A stretch of 61,807 nucleotides of DNA, filler included, from Basidiobolus ranarum (lineage: Eukaryota), in assembly GCA_040143965.1 (NCBI GenBank). It is 9 parts of 9 records of this genome, joined end to end, with 100 filler letters (N's around TTAATTAATTAA, not from the genome) between each part and the next. Parts side by side here need not be neighbours in the genome. Positions count along the whole stretch, not along the records: positions 1 to 6,798 come from JASJQH010008118.1; positions 6,899 to 13,693 come from JASJQH010008119.1; 7 more parts are not named here. The stretch is one strand, 5' to 3'. The translations under genes and the position numbers were made by a program. The notes below the pieces were generated by a model. It was not told the DNA's origin and did not search any database. It saw only the letters and a list, made by a program, of their open reading frames with translations. Position 1 is the stretch's first letter. Each line of letters opens with the position of its first letter. This document shows, piece by piece, positions 1-12,518 of the stretch.

Positions 1-759
1 AACTCTAATTCCCTCTAAGAGTCGACATGATTTGGCTATAATGGTTGCATGTTCCATATCGAAGTTCATCATTTTTAAATCCAAATAACTGAGCATGGAG
101 TACTTCGTATTCAAAGTAAATATTTGATCCAAAGGGATCGACATTCCACAGCATAGTCTCTCAAATGAGGTGGAATATTTATCCCGAAATGGAATCCAAA
201 AACGTTGCATAAATTTCTCGATAAATATTTCGGGTAATATTTTGTAGGAACAAAAATGGCTATGATCCACACGTTGTAGACCTTCTTGTAACCATCTCAA
301 GTCCATATTTTTCACCAAAGACGGGTAGTTTTGATACTTCTTTAGCAGCGAACTATGTGAGGGGGCGACTTCGTATTTCAATACATCCTTATCATGTGCA
401 CATTCTGAAATAGAAATGCAGGATGTCAAATGGCAACTTATCCTCCTTACCATCCTGGACGCACCTTTCAGCAATGGGCTTGGTTTGAAGCATTGGGGCA
501 TAATTCTCTTTCTTTTGCAACTTGTTTTTTGTGTAGTCTCTATTCGTTCTAGAAGTGTCTTGAGTAGCTTTTCAAAGCGTAAAAGTTTGTCTGGGTTGGG
601 ATCCGTATCACCAAAGAGGCTCCAGGGATGCTCATACAAAAATTGGACGGAACATTCAAACCAGCGACTGTTGACTCGACAACATTGGTACAATACAAAG
701 TGGTCTTTTTTTAGCCACCTGAAGATGTTACTTAAGCATGTACTAGATAGTTCTGACAT
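1..759 (-). CDS. F-box-like / LRR protein, 3'-partial (runs off the window start)
   Basis: Manual translation from ATG at 759: MSELSSTCLSNIFRWLKKDHFVLYQCCRVNSRWFECSVQFLYEHPW (F-box-like N-terminus), ending in LRR-like YLDLKMMNFDMEHATIIAKSCRLLEGIRV. The frame is open to base 1, so it is absent from the ORF track. Confidence 0.7.
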   Translation of the reverse strand, partial: MSELSSTCLSNIFRWLKKDHFVLYQCCRVNSRWFECSVQFLYEHPWSLFGDTDPNPDKLLRFEKLLKTLLERIETTQKTSCKRKRIMPQCFKPSPLLKGASRMVRRISCHLTSCISISECAHDKDVLKYEVAPSHSSLLKKYQNYPSLVKNMDLRWLQEGLQRVDHSHFCSYKILPEIFIEKFMQRFWIPFRDKYSTSFERLCCGMSIPLDQIFTLNTKYSMLSYLDLKMMNFDMEHATIIAKSCRLLEGIRV

Positions 760-1305
760 GAGAAGTATCCACTCTGTTGATGGTGAAGGAGAAAGAGACT
801 TTCAATAATTTACTCTAAATTGGAGATACCAACCGGGTCTATATAGCTGGAAGTAAGACCGATTCTCCCTATTTCTCATTGTAATATGCCTCTGATGACA
901 CTACTTAAAACAAGGTTTATTAAGAGACACATATAAGGAACCTGTAGGCGAATTTCTAATGAATCTCTACCATTATGTCTTGGTTTGGTTTAGCTTGGAA
1001 TCTATGACCATCATCATCACCGTTTTGTTCGAGGGACTCCGAGTCCAGTTTTCGAACCATATTAAGACATCGCGGACGATTTGTGGTCATATGGATTCAT
1101 ACGAAATCATCGTAAAAATGATCTATTCAACTTGGTTAGGAATGGGGTTAGCATCTGGGTGAGTTGGTTATCCTCTCATAACAACTCTAAGGATTGAACA
1201 AATCAGAGCCTGGCTAGATCCAATTTTTTTCACTAGTCCTATATAACCTAGCAAGGAGGCGTGAAGGCAAGCTTTCCTTCTTAACCAGTAGGACTTCTTA
1301 TTAAA

Positions 1306-1743
1306 ATGGGTAAAGGAAAGCCTAGAGGTCTTCAGGCCGCTCGTAAACTCCGCAACCACCGTCGTGAAGAACGTTGGGCGGATAAACAATACAAGAAGAG
1401 AGCCCTCGGTACCGCTTTCAAATCTTCTCCCTTCGGTGGTTCTTCCCACGCCAAGGGTATCGTCCTCGAAAAGATTGGTGTTGAAGCTAAACAGCCTAAC
1501 TCCGCTATTCGTAAGTGTGTTCGTGTCCAACTTATCAAGAACGGAAAGAAGATCACTGCTTTCGTTCCTAACGATGGTTGTTTAAACTTCGTCGAGGAGA
1601 ACGATGAAGTTCTCATCTCCGGTTTCGGTCGTAAGGGTCGTGCCGTTGGTGATATTCCTGGTGTTCGTTTCAAGGTTGTCAAGGTTTCCGGTGTCTCCTT
1701 ACTCGCTCTTTACAAGGAAAAGAAGGAGAAGCCCAGATCTTAA
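1306..1743 (+). CDS. RPS23: 40S ribosomal protein S23 (uS12), intronless
   Basis: [15 protein letters not shown]...[16 protein letters not shown]...[13 protein letters not shown]...KEKPRS; strong codon bias; TATA-like tatataa near 1240. Confidence 0.98.
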   Translation: MGKGKPRGLQAARKLRNHRREERWADKQYKKRALGTAFKSSPFGGSSHAKGIVLEKIGVEAKQPNSAIRKCVRVQLIKNGKKITAFVPNDGCLNFVEENDEVLISGFGRKGRAVGDIPGVRFKVVKVSGVSLLALYKEKKEKPRS

Positions 1744-1984
1744 ACCTTTTCTATCTGTATAAAAGCAGTTATAATAAAAACAACTACCATCCATATTGCA
1801 CTACAGTTTCTTTCACTTGCATTTTATTGATTCAGTGATGGATGTATCGGTTTCAGAGGATGATGTTAAGGATTATATACCACGAGTCTAGACATTAAGA
1901 AGTCCAATTTAATATATATATATATAAGCAGATTAACTTACGACTTTCTTTGTCTTCTTGATTCCATGCGCATATATATATCAT

Positions 1985-3874
1985 ATGGGTTTGAAACTCC
2001 CTTTACGATACTCTGTATTGTGTGCTATTATACTCTTAACTGTAATCCATGTGATTTTCCGTTTCATAACCTCTCCTACACACCTTAGAAGGTTAACTAT
2101 TATTCATACGAACGATATCCATGCACATATAGAGCAATTCAACCAGTACGGAAAAGATTGTGACTCTCTTGACATAGAACTCGGAAGTTGTGTAGGTGGC
2201 ATAGCCAGGCAGAAAACTATCATCGATCGAATCCGTCAAAACTCTCCGAACACGTTACTTTTTGACGCTGGAGATCAATTCTCTGGTACAGCGTACTATG
2301 GTTATTACAAAGTAAGTGATTGCTTGATAAACTTTACTAGTAAATATTTATGCCAAACAACACTACTTTCTTAGGGAAACATCAGTCACCAAGTAATGAA
2401 TCTACTGGGTTATGATCTTATGGTGAGAATCATTTTTTGTTATTGATTGATTGACAAGATGACGAACCCTTCCTTTAAATAGACACTGGGAAATCACGAA
2501 TTTGACGATGGTGTAGAACAACTGTCACACTTTTTATCTAAACTAAATTTTCCTACTGTATGCGCCAACTTGGAGATTAAAGAACAACCAGAGTTATCCA
2601 AGAGGGTAAATTCATTAATATTTGTTGAATATTATATTCACCTATTCACCTCCAGTATAACATAGATCAAACCATACGAAATATTTCCAGAATATCAATT
2701 GGGTGTTATAGGAATTGTTACTACCACAACTGAGTTCACCTCGAATTCCGGACCCAATGTGAAGTTTACCCAACCAATAGATATGGTGAAGAAATATGTT
2801 CAGGAGCTTAAAAGTGTCGGTGTGAAGACTATCATTGTACTTAGTCATAATGGTTATAGAGAAGATATCGAATTGGCTACTCAAACCACCGATATTGACT
2901 TGATTGTAGGTGGACATAGTCACACATTTCTCTCTAGTAATTCAGAGGATCCGCACCACTCGCATGCTGAAGGTGACTATCCTACCTTAATCAAGAATTT
3001 AGATGGGCACCCAACTTATATAACTCAGGTTTGTTCTACAGAATGATTCACAATGACACTTCCACTTACAACACTTGGTAACTAGGCTTGGTCTTGGGGT
3101 AGATATGTGGGCCATTTGGAACTTCAGCTCAATGATGAAGGCAAAATTCACGAGATCAATGGAAGGCCAATCCGAATAGACAGCAGCGTACCTGAGGACC
3201 CAGAGGTAGCTATAGCAATTCAAGGATGGCGCGATCCCTTGGTAGAATACATGAATAGAGTTATTGGAAAAGCGATTCTCCCCTTCTCACCACCTACCTA
3301 CTGGGTTACCGTCGAATCCACTATTGGAAACTTAGTAGGAGATGCTATATCACACGTACGCAACACATCAGTTGGAATATTCTTTAATTTTGGTGATGTT
3401 CAAGGAGGATTAGAGATCGGAGATATTCAAATTCAAGATATATTTAGAGTGATTCCATTTGATAGTTCCGTGGTTGAGATTACACTAAGTGGACGTCAAT
3501 TATTTGATATGATTGAAGGAGTATTATCTCACAAGAACCTAGAAAATCAAGAGAAAGTCACTGGTGCCATTCAAGTGAATGGGATTCGATTCCGTTACCT
3601 TCCAAATGCTACCGAATTTCATAAACTACAAGAGTTATTCATTTCGAATGGGAATCTATCTGAATATAATGCTGTACAATTTGATCAACAGTATACTTTA
3701 GTTACTCTTGACTTTGTGGCCAAAGGTGGTGATAACATTCTCTATCCACCAATACCCCATACTACCCCCTTAGGCACTCTAAGGTCCATTTTGATTCAGT
3801 ATATTGAAGCACAAAAAACTCTTATTCCTCATTTAGATGGTAGAATTACAATATCCACAGATAGTATTGAGTAA
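1985..3874 (+). CDS. 5'-nucleotidase/apyrase family metallophosphoesterase, 5 exons (approx. 1985-2311, 2375-2422, 2483-2605, 2666-3028, 3086-3874)
   Basis: Motifs HTNDIH, DAGDQF, TLGNHEFDDG, LSHNG, GGHSHT and a 5'-nucleotidase C-terminal domain (ESTIGNLVGDA, DFVAKGGD); GT-AG introns restore the frame; N-terminal hydrophobic signal/anchor. Confidence 0.9.
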
Positions 3875-4392
3875 CTTTAATAGATTCCCTCATCAATAAA
3901 CTATTATTTTGAACCAGACTAAGATAGAAGCGTGATAATAATGACATTGAGGTATCTGGTAGAACATGAAGCATATTTCATATATAATATTGCACTACTT
4001 GAAGATAATTTTATTACAATCCAGTCTTATAATTGTGTTATATCAACAGTAAAGAATTTCAATGATTTAAATTGAATGTAGACCTTACCATTAATAACCA
4101 TTCTAATTCAATGGTAGTATATATGAGGAAATCTTTTATGTTTAACAATTTCACTTCTTTCAGTAATCAGAATGAAATCAGATATAGGTGTGCTTTCATA
4201 GCTCTGCTGATGGGTTTTAGATAATAAATCCAGAGCCCATTTTCCCTAGCAGAAAGTCACATACACATGTGTTCATAAGTGATTCATATTATAAGTGTGC
4301 AAGTTGGAAAGCCACATGGTTGCCCTTTATGCTATCTGCACACACCAGATCTGTTTGAGTGACACATTCAAAATGTAAGTTATGACAAAAGT

Positions 4393-4705
4393 TGTTGGAT
4401 AATTATGCTTTACTCAACATCCTAGTTAACTTTAGCTATGATACATATATCAGAAACATAATGCAACATATCTATAGCCCCTATATTCTAATTAGGAATA
4501 TCTCTATATCGATATAACAAGTATGTCTTATTACCCCCACTTATCTATTATATCTTATTACACAAACTCCTGAATATCCCAAACAATTGATTTACTTCTC
4601 TACCCTATTAGTCACAGTATTCTCTTAAGAATAATGTTACTAAAACACTCATAAGTTGCCTCTAATATACAAAGTCTACCCCCATTATGTCAAAATCCTC
4701 CAACA
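4393..4705. mobile_element. Solo LTR (family F)
   Basis: TGTTGGA...TCCAACA termini; near-TSD AAAGT/AAAGC; its 3' part is homologous to the reverse complement of 13575-13693. Confidence 0.75.
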
Positions 4706-6344
4706 AAAGCTTAATATGATGATATACTACTTATGATTAGAATGAATTTGGACATCTGCATATTAAGACATAGTGAATTTCAATACTTTGTGTTACCTTA
4801 TTGTGTCCTATTTCCTGCATCATGATGTCTGGGTATTTTACATATTTAAATGTTTTATACCCCTCAACTCCAATTCAATACAGCAAATTCAAACATTTGG
4901 TGGAAAAGAACATACTCAAAGGCTTCTTTCAGCAGTGCTCTCCATATGATAAGACAGGATTTGAACCACAGGATCTGATGGTGCTCAATACATTCACTGA
5001 TCATCAAATGTAATAATATGTCTTGATAAACAATCTTTCATTGTTTTAGCTATATATTTTGGGACTCTTATTGTATTCATTGGTAGTCAACATATGCCAC
5101 AATTCTTCTGAATAAGAACACAATCACTACAAGATAACTTCATTGACCTTTTTCCTTTTTTGATTGAAAGAATCATATAGATCCTCTGAATGATTTTTCT
5201 GTATTAATACATGCAATGCCAACCTCCTTCCTAGTGAATAAGTATGGTCATAAAAGAAGTTAGTTTTTTTAGTAGTTACAGCTCTTTAAGCACATATATT
5301 GTAAGACTAACAAATATATTCATAAAAGCAGTGATTTTTATCCAGAAAAGATAGGTATTTTAAGAATATAGTTAGTTTATAGAAATCATTGAAATTATGG
5401 GCAGTAAAAATCAAAAAATACAAAACAGTGTAAGAAATTATATAACTACTTACCATAGATTTGATAAACACTTAATTTTTGCATCTACTTATAAATATGC
5501 TTGAATTAGTTATGATCAACAGAGTACATAGAAAAAAGAGTGATACCATGGATATGTACTGACTTGCGCTATCATACTCTGAGCTCAATGGTATTAACAA
5601 ACTCAATTTTTTCTTGACATCTTGAGTGCAGTATATACTGCTCACAACTAGAATGGCCTACACAGCAATCTTAGCATATATTGGTTTTTTACAACTTTAT
5701 ACATCAAATCTTATGAGTATCAATGAGAAAGGAAAAGTTTGGAGGACCCAGGATAATGCTAATGTAAATACTACATACTAATTTGTATTATAGCAAACAC
5801 TAAGAAAGGACTAAAGTTTCCATTGATGTTCAGAATGGTTAAGCCTCTGAGGGTATACCGAAATTATCAAAACACTAGTAATTTCTTGAGGTTCAATTAG
5901 AAATCAGATGGGGCCTGTTATGATCGCTATTTTGGTATGTTGGCAGAATATCAATGGTTTGTATTGAAAAGAAAGAACACTTTTCTATTCAAGCCGGAAA
6001 GAACCATCAGTATGCGAGAGTTACACCAACTGCTAGAGTGTTTCCCCACCTCAATTTAGTTATCCCGCTGATTTAATTTGGCAGTTATCCCGCACTTGAT
6101 CACTCAAGAATCTCAACAAGATCAAATTTGATAGTGTTTGAATTGCTCATTATATACAATTAAGGTATGACACATAATTTGAATGTGTACTTCCTATAAT
6201 CCCGAAATTGAAAGTACATCATTGATTAATAATTCATCAAATAGCTGAATTGTTTTATATAAATGCCGGTAGTCAGTTTCGACGATTAGTAAATAGTAAA
6301 CAATCCATCCCTATACAAGCATCTCTATCCTCATAAAAGCATCA

Positions 6345-6746
6345 ATGTCTGGTTTCAAAGTAATTGCAGTTGCTGGCGGTAATGGCAGCTTTGGTAGCCT
6401 GATCGTCCAAGCGTTGTTAGCACGTGGTACTTTTCAAGTCAAGATCCTATCCCGAAGAGCACAGGTAAGATTAACAAACATATTGAGCTCTATCATTGTA
6501 CCTAACCACTCTTTCGTCATTCTATTATTACATGTATTAGGACAAACAAGAACCCAACGTTGAAGTAGCCGTTGTAGACTATGCTAACCATGACTCCCTT
6601 GTACAAGCGTTGAAAGGTGTCGATGTGGTCATCAGTGTTCTTAACGATTATGCCATCGTCGAGCCACAGTTGGCCTTGGTAGAGGCAGCCAAGCAAGCTG
6701 GTGTCAAGCGCTTTGTTCCATCTGAGTTCGCCACTGATTCTGAAGG
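6345..6746 (+). CDS. NmrA/isoflavone-reductase-like NAD(P)-binding oxidoreductase, 3'-partial (exons 6345-6464, 6541-6746)
   Basis: IAVAGGNGSFG Rossmann motif; spliced continuation VDYANHDSLVQALKGVDVVIS...QLALVEAAKQAGVKRFVPSEF; truncated by the contig end. Confidence 0.88.
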
Positions 6747-6798
6747 GTAACGTCACTACCTTTCATTCACAATGAGTAATCATTCTCTTATATTGCTC

Positions 6799-6898
6799 NN
6801 NNNNNNNNNNNNNNNNNNNNNNNNNNNNNNNNNNNNNNNNNNTTAATTAATTAANNNNNNNNNNNNNNNNNNNNNNNNNNNNNNNNNNNNNNNNNNNN
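6799..6898. other. Artificial contig spacer N44-TTAATTAATTAA-N44
   Basis: Identical 100-bp spacer occurs 8 times; the linker gives stops in all six frames. Confidence 0.98.
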
Positions 6899-7570
6899 AA
6901 AAAGTATAAATGCTTTATTTCTGGACAATAAACAATTATCTCACAAAGCTATTCACAACTCCACTTTTCTAAAGTTCCTCCAAACAGCCCATATTTTCCC
7001 AATATCAACTGCTAATTGGAACATATATTATAAATATATAATAATAATATGAGAATTAGCAATTCCATATTTGAAATTTCAAACTTGACTAAATTACCCC
7101 AAAGAGAGCTCATTTTACTCCTACAGATGTTCTGAACACAACCCCAGTGTTAGTTTGTGATATTTCCACCAAAATGTGTAAATGCTTCATATCTGGACAA
7201 TAAATAATTATCTCACAAAGGTTATTCAAACCCCACTTTTCCAAAGTTCCTCCTAGCAGGCTATATTTTCCCAATATACAAAGCCTAAAAAATCTAAAGA
7301 AGGCATGCAGAGTATTTCAAATTCCTACAGCAGTAAACCCAGTAACTTGCCATTTGAAAATAGTTTTTTGAAAAAGTAGTTAGAAATTTAATAACACATG
7401 CCATAATTGGGGATCAATATTTTACTATGTATAAATACCATCAAAAAACTGTCAAGAAGCCACCATCTCACCATCAAAATCCCTGGCAGAATGTGAGCCA
7501 CTAATTTAATGATGGTTCTCTGATGGTTTTGCAATCCAGAAGGGTGGATCTAATCTGGATCGAATCAATT
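6899..7570. repeat. Interspersed repeat family C with internal direct duplication
   Basis: Block tctggacaataaa...ccatattttcccaatat occurs at about 6920 and 7192; homologous to about 8200-8650 and, inverted, 40725-41211. Confidence 0.7.
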
Positions 7571-7574
7571 TTTA

Positions 7575-8126
7575 TTTTGTTATGGAATACAAGCAAACAT
7601 ACAGATATTAGACATCACTTCATTAGAGAGACTATAGAGAATAAGTTTTATTGACTTCAGTTGTTGTTCTGCAGAAGACATGATTGCTGATTTATTAACC
7701 AAACCATTAGCTAGTGAGAAGTTTGACAAATTTAGACCTTTATTAGGAGTAGTATATATGATTATTTAGCTAAGGGAGATTGTTGAAATTAGAATTGCCT
7801 AAGCACCTACATAGTCATATGTAGCTTAGTACTTCGATATCTTAAAATTAAGTAAGATATTATCTCTTATTTTCAATTGGAATTTACTTGAAATATTTTT
7901 ACCAACTTTGAAGTTCTGAGATATATAGATTTTTCAAGCTTGTGCTAGATGCCCCACACTTTGTGCACATGTTTCTGAGACCTTCCTTAACACATTCTAC
8001 ATGTTTGCTTCTTTACATATGACAAAACTATAAATTTCAACTTTCTACTCAAAAAATTAATAAGTGATAACCACCAGTTTCTCCAATTCTCCAAACCACT
8101 TCCAACAGGCTCACAAATACTTTGAT
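7575..8126 (+). mobile_element. Ty1/copia family A 3' end: RNase H fragment, PPT and 3' LTR (7781 to about 8126)
   Basis: EDMIADLLTKPLASEKFDKFR, then purine tract AAGGGAGA and TGTTGAAATTAG LTR start. Confidence 0.82.
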
Positions 8127-8199
8127 AAATCCAAGAGCATATTCTCATTATGAATGGTAACAAGAGTCAGCTATTTGCCAAGTATCAGTGCCATTCAAA

Positions 8200-8650
8200 A
8201 TTTCAGATAGTTAGCAATATTCTACTATTAGTTTGTTGGTCAAGCATATTGATGTTGTTGAGTTATGTATGATTAGTCAAGTATGTGCATATGTAAAGAC
8301 TAAGCACATCACAATTCTTGTATTTTTGATTCTCATTATGGCCGGAATGCAAAGCCTAAAATATGTAAATAATGGCATGTATATTAACTTGAATTCCTGC
8401 AGTAGCAAACTCAGTAAATTGCCACTTGAATATTAGCTTGTTGCAAAATTGTTAGAAATTAACAAATACATGCCAAATATGAGAATCAGTATTTCACCAT
8501 GCATGATTACCATCATAATACTGTCAAGAAGCCATCATTGAACCATCCAAGTCTCTGGCAGAATACACACTACCAGCATTGTTATGGTCCTCTGATGGTT
8601 TTGCCATCCTGAAAGGTGGATCCAATCCGGATTAAACTGATTTTATTTTT
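8200..8650. repeat. Repeat family C copy
   Basis: Similar to 7275-7570 and to the reverse complement of 40725-41170. Confidence 0.65.
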
Positions 8651-8670
8651 TTTATTCAGATATGGGAGAA

Positions 8671-8808
8671 TGCTGAAATTAGCATTGCTTGAGCACCTAT
8701 ATAGTAATCTATAGCTTAGTACCTGGTCATCTTATATTTCACCAAAGTATTACCCATTATTTGCAATTGGAATATACTTGGAGTATTTTTGCCAACTTGG
8801 AAGGTCTC
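8671..8808 (+). mobile_element. Truncated family A LTR (5' half)
   Basis: TGCTGAAATTAGCATTGC...ATAGCTTAGTAC matches the family A LTR start; interrupted at 8809 by unrelated sequence. Confidence 0.7.
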
Positions 8809-9435
8809 TGTCATGATTCAGATCTTGGCACACTGATTCACTGCAAATAGAACTCTTCTATTATTAGATTATGACATCATATCTGCTGTGCCATCCCTTC
8901 TTGGCAATCTTGTGCTAGTTCATCCAGGTTACCTTATATGGAAATCATGTTCTTTGGAACATTCCATGAAATTTAACCAATCATGTTCTTTGGAACATTC
9001 TTTTAAACCTAACCAATCATGTCATCCCACACATAGTGTATTTCCACCAAGACCTTCCATGGAAGGTCACCTGATCATCCTTACATCATCCCTCTTTGTA
9101 TTAGTCCTTGTAGCCCCCAACAACCCAACACCCCAACACTTGAACTTGCCACAGTATATTCCCTATTCAGTATATTATGTTTCACCCTGCAATATCTATA
9201 TAAGCCTCATGTATTCCTTGATCAGACTGAGGTCTGATCAATGCCAGTTATCAATAAAGATCCTTGCCAAAGTATCTTCCCTGTCTAGTCTTGTCTTGTC
9301 TTGTGGTCTATGCCCAAGTACTTTCCTGGCTTCTAGCCTTTTGTTGTTGTTTCCAGTCCTTGTCCAGTTCCTTATTGTGATAGCTGGTCCATATAGATCT
9401 CTTCAGCAAGTTCACCATTCAAAAAAGCAGCTCTA

Positions 9436-12400
9436 GCATCTATTTGATGTTTGATATGCTGAAATTTAGCTAAAATTGCTTAAATCAACCTAATTGAATT
9501 ATACTTTGCTACAGCAGCAAAAATTTCTGTATAGTCTATCTGAGTGTTTGGGAATAGCTTTTGGCTACTAGTCTAGCCTTGTTCTTTTCTATATTGCCAT
9601 CATATTTGCATTTAACTTTGAACACCCATTGGCAGCCATTTGATTTACTATCATTAGTTAAGTTGGTTAAAATCCAAGTTTGATTATTAATCAGAGCATG
9701 GTACTCATCAGCCATTGCAGATCTCTAAGATATTTGTGAAGGCCATTCAGGGTTTCTTTTACACTCTGGGGTGCATGTATTTGAGCTGTTCAGGCATAGA
9801 CCCAATTTTGAGACTCAATGATATAGTAATGAGGGCTATTTCTGATCTGATTTGATTTCCTGGTTTGGGATAAAGGTATTAAAACTTCTGGCATTGTATT
9901 TGGCACTTCAGTAGGCAAATTTTTGATTGAAGGGTTTACAAGAATGCCATTTTCTTCATTGCTTTGGTTTTAATCAATTTGAATGATTGGATCAGAAGAA
10001 AATTGATTTTAATCATCATCTGAGGTCATTTTAGAAGAATATTTTTCATTTTCATCAAACAAATCATCCCTGGACTTGATTAACTTGGAAATTTTGATAT
10101 CATAGAGTCTGTAGGACTTTGTTTGAGTACAATAACCTAGAAATGTGCATTTCTCACTTTTTGGATCACATTCAGACCAACCTATGGTCATAATTTGACA
10201 TGATCAATGCATCCAAAGATCCTCAAATGTTTTGCATCAGGTTTAGCTCCAAACTAAGCTTGATATGGTGTAGAGTTAGACATACTTCTAGTAAAGCACA
10301 TATTCTTCAGATATGTTGCTGTAGCAACAGATTCCACCCAAAAGTTATGAGATAAATTTTGCACATTTATCATAGATCTTGCCATTTCTATTATAGTCCT
10401 GTTAGCTCTTTCAGCAACTCCATTTTGTAGTGGTGAATAGGAGGGAATAGTTTCTTGCTTAATTCCATCAACTTTGCAATAGTGCTTTTATAGTGTTGAA
10501 GTTTATTCTCCACCTTTATCAGTATGTATTTTCTTGATTTTAGTTCCAGTTTTAGTCTCCACAAGAGTTTTACAATCTCTAAAGATAGAGAGAGCTTCTT
10601 CTTTTCTATCTATAAAGTAGACTCAAGTGTATCTTGTGTAATCATCAAAAGGTGTGATTAAATATCTTTTTCTGCCTTAAGAAAATTTTACATAGGTCCA
10701 TGCAAATCTGAATGAATTAGAACCAACTTTTGATAGATTTGATTAAACCAGAGCTCTTGAATGCTTTCCTGGCTTGTTTTCCACATATAAAACCCTCACA
10801 AATTTTCATTTTGGTTGGGGGGTTTATTTGTATACCAGAAATTAGGCAATTTTTGATCATTTTGCTCAAATAATTGAATCCAATATGGCCAAATCTCTTA
10901 TGCCATATTTCAATAGTTTCTTAATTGCAATAACTTATAACTACACATAAACCTCTTGTATTAAATGTTTGTTTGTAAAAGGTCTGATCTTTTTTGCCTG
11001 AAGCTAAATAATTCCCATTTTGATCAAAGATGGTGCATCCTAACCTATCTAAATTGAGTTTTAGCCCTTCTGAGGTGGCCTTGCATAGGGATATTGAATT
11101 CTTGGCAATATCTGGAACATGTAGTAAATCCTTAAAGTATATACTGTCTCTTCAGCAGCTCCAGTTAAATTGACTTGTATTGTTCCCATTCCAATAGCAT
11201 CTAATGAGTGGTCATTTCCTATAAAAACTTTTCCCATTGGGATTTCATCATAATCCACAAACCAATGTTTTTCATTTGTTAAATGTTGGAAAGCTCCAGA
11301 ATTTAATATACCACATCTGAGAGTCCTTGTTGATAGTCATAGATAGAGCAGTTATGAAAAAGTGATCTTCTGTTGTAACTACATTTCCAGATTCATTACA
11401 TTTTTCTTCTTTTGCAATTCATTTAAAGCAATCATTGCTTAAATGGCCAGTCCTTTCACAGTAATCACAAAATGTGTTACTTTTCTTTTTAAAGTGCTTT
11501 TGACCTTTATAGAAAGGCTTCCCATAGCCAATTAAAGCATTTACTTCATTCTTTTGGTTGGAATCTGATATGCATAAACGTTCATCTAGAAGTCTGCCAA
11601 ATGCATAATTTAAGGTCACATTTTCAGTTCTTAATTCTAAAGCCATTACCAGGCCCTGAAACTGTGTGGCAGGTTAATCAGGACTGTAACAATGATTTTG
11701 ATCAGTGGTATGCACTCCAATGCATTACATTTCATCCACTAAGTTAGTGACTCTATTTATCAGTGATATAATGTCTTGTCCTGGCTTCATCTTTAAGTTA
11801 AAGAATTGTCTTCTTAGTAGCATCTTGTTGGCTGCAGAATTTGTTTAGTTGGTGTCTTCCAAGGCTTTCCATACCTTCTTGGCTGTTTTAGCTCTTGATC
11901 ATAGAATTAGCAATTTGTCTTTAACATTAAGACAAATTGTGTTAAAGGCACTTTGTTCTTTTTTAACCTGGAGTAAAACTTTGGTTTCAGATAGTTTTTC
12001 ATGGTTTTCTTCTCCTATAGCAGTAACACAAAGTCCTTTTTCTTGCAGCAGTATTTTCATTTCAACTTTCCAAACTTGATAATTGGTTCCATCCAATTTT
12101 TCAGAAGAGGGAAAAGTTCCAAAATTTGAGAAGTAGACATTACAAGGAGTGCAAGCTTGGGGCTCATAATCTGATATATTATTTGGGAGCCTGTTGGTAG
12201 TGGTTTAAAGAAATAGAGGAATTGGTGGTTTTCTCTTATTGCTATATTGAGTAGAAAGTTGACATTTATATTTTGTCAGCATATAAACAAACAAACATGT
12301 AGAATGTGCTAAGGAGAGTCCTGGAAATATATGTGCAAAGTCTGGGGCCTCTAGCACAAGTTTGAAAAATCTATATATCTGAGAACTTCTAAGTTGGTAA

Positions 12401-12518
12401 AAATATTGTACATAAATTCTAACTGAGAATAATGGATAATGTCTTAGTGAATTATAAGATAACTAAGTACTAAGCTATATATGACTATACAGGTGTTTAG
12501 GCAATGCTAATTTCAACA
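9436..12518 (-). mobile_element. Decayed Ty1/copia family A element: 5' LTR 12172-12518, PBS, gag, protease, integrase, start of RT
   Basis: EKLDGTNYQVWK gag; CDYCERTGHLSNDC zinc knuckle; NSGAFQHLT protease-like; WHKRFGH; KCTFLGY; KARLVAK RT; many stops and frameshifts. Confidence 0.92.

Noticed and set aside
416-808. 130-aa plus-strand ORF
   Set aside because: Antisense shadow of the minus-strand F-box gene.
1168-1682. Antisense and alternative-frame ORFs over RPS23
   Set aside because: Expected by-product of strong codon bias; no motifs.
4940-5000. B-box-like GGTTCAAATCC on the minus strand
   Set aside because: No A box or cloverleaf could be built.
6843-6854. Palindromic TTAATTAATTAA recurring every ~6.9 kb as a biological periodic element
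   Set aside because: Always centred in N runs; it is an assembly linker with six-frame stops.
8809-9435. Possible further LTR (TGTCATGA start, short internal tandem repeat) and 182-aa ORF
   Set aside because: No matching terminus, TSD or second copy found in the window; the ORF lacks motifs.
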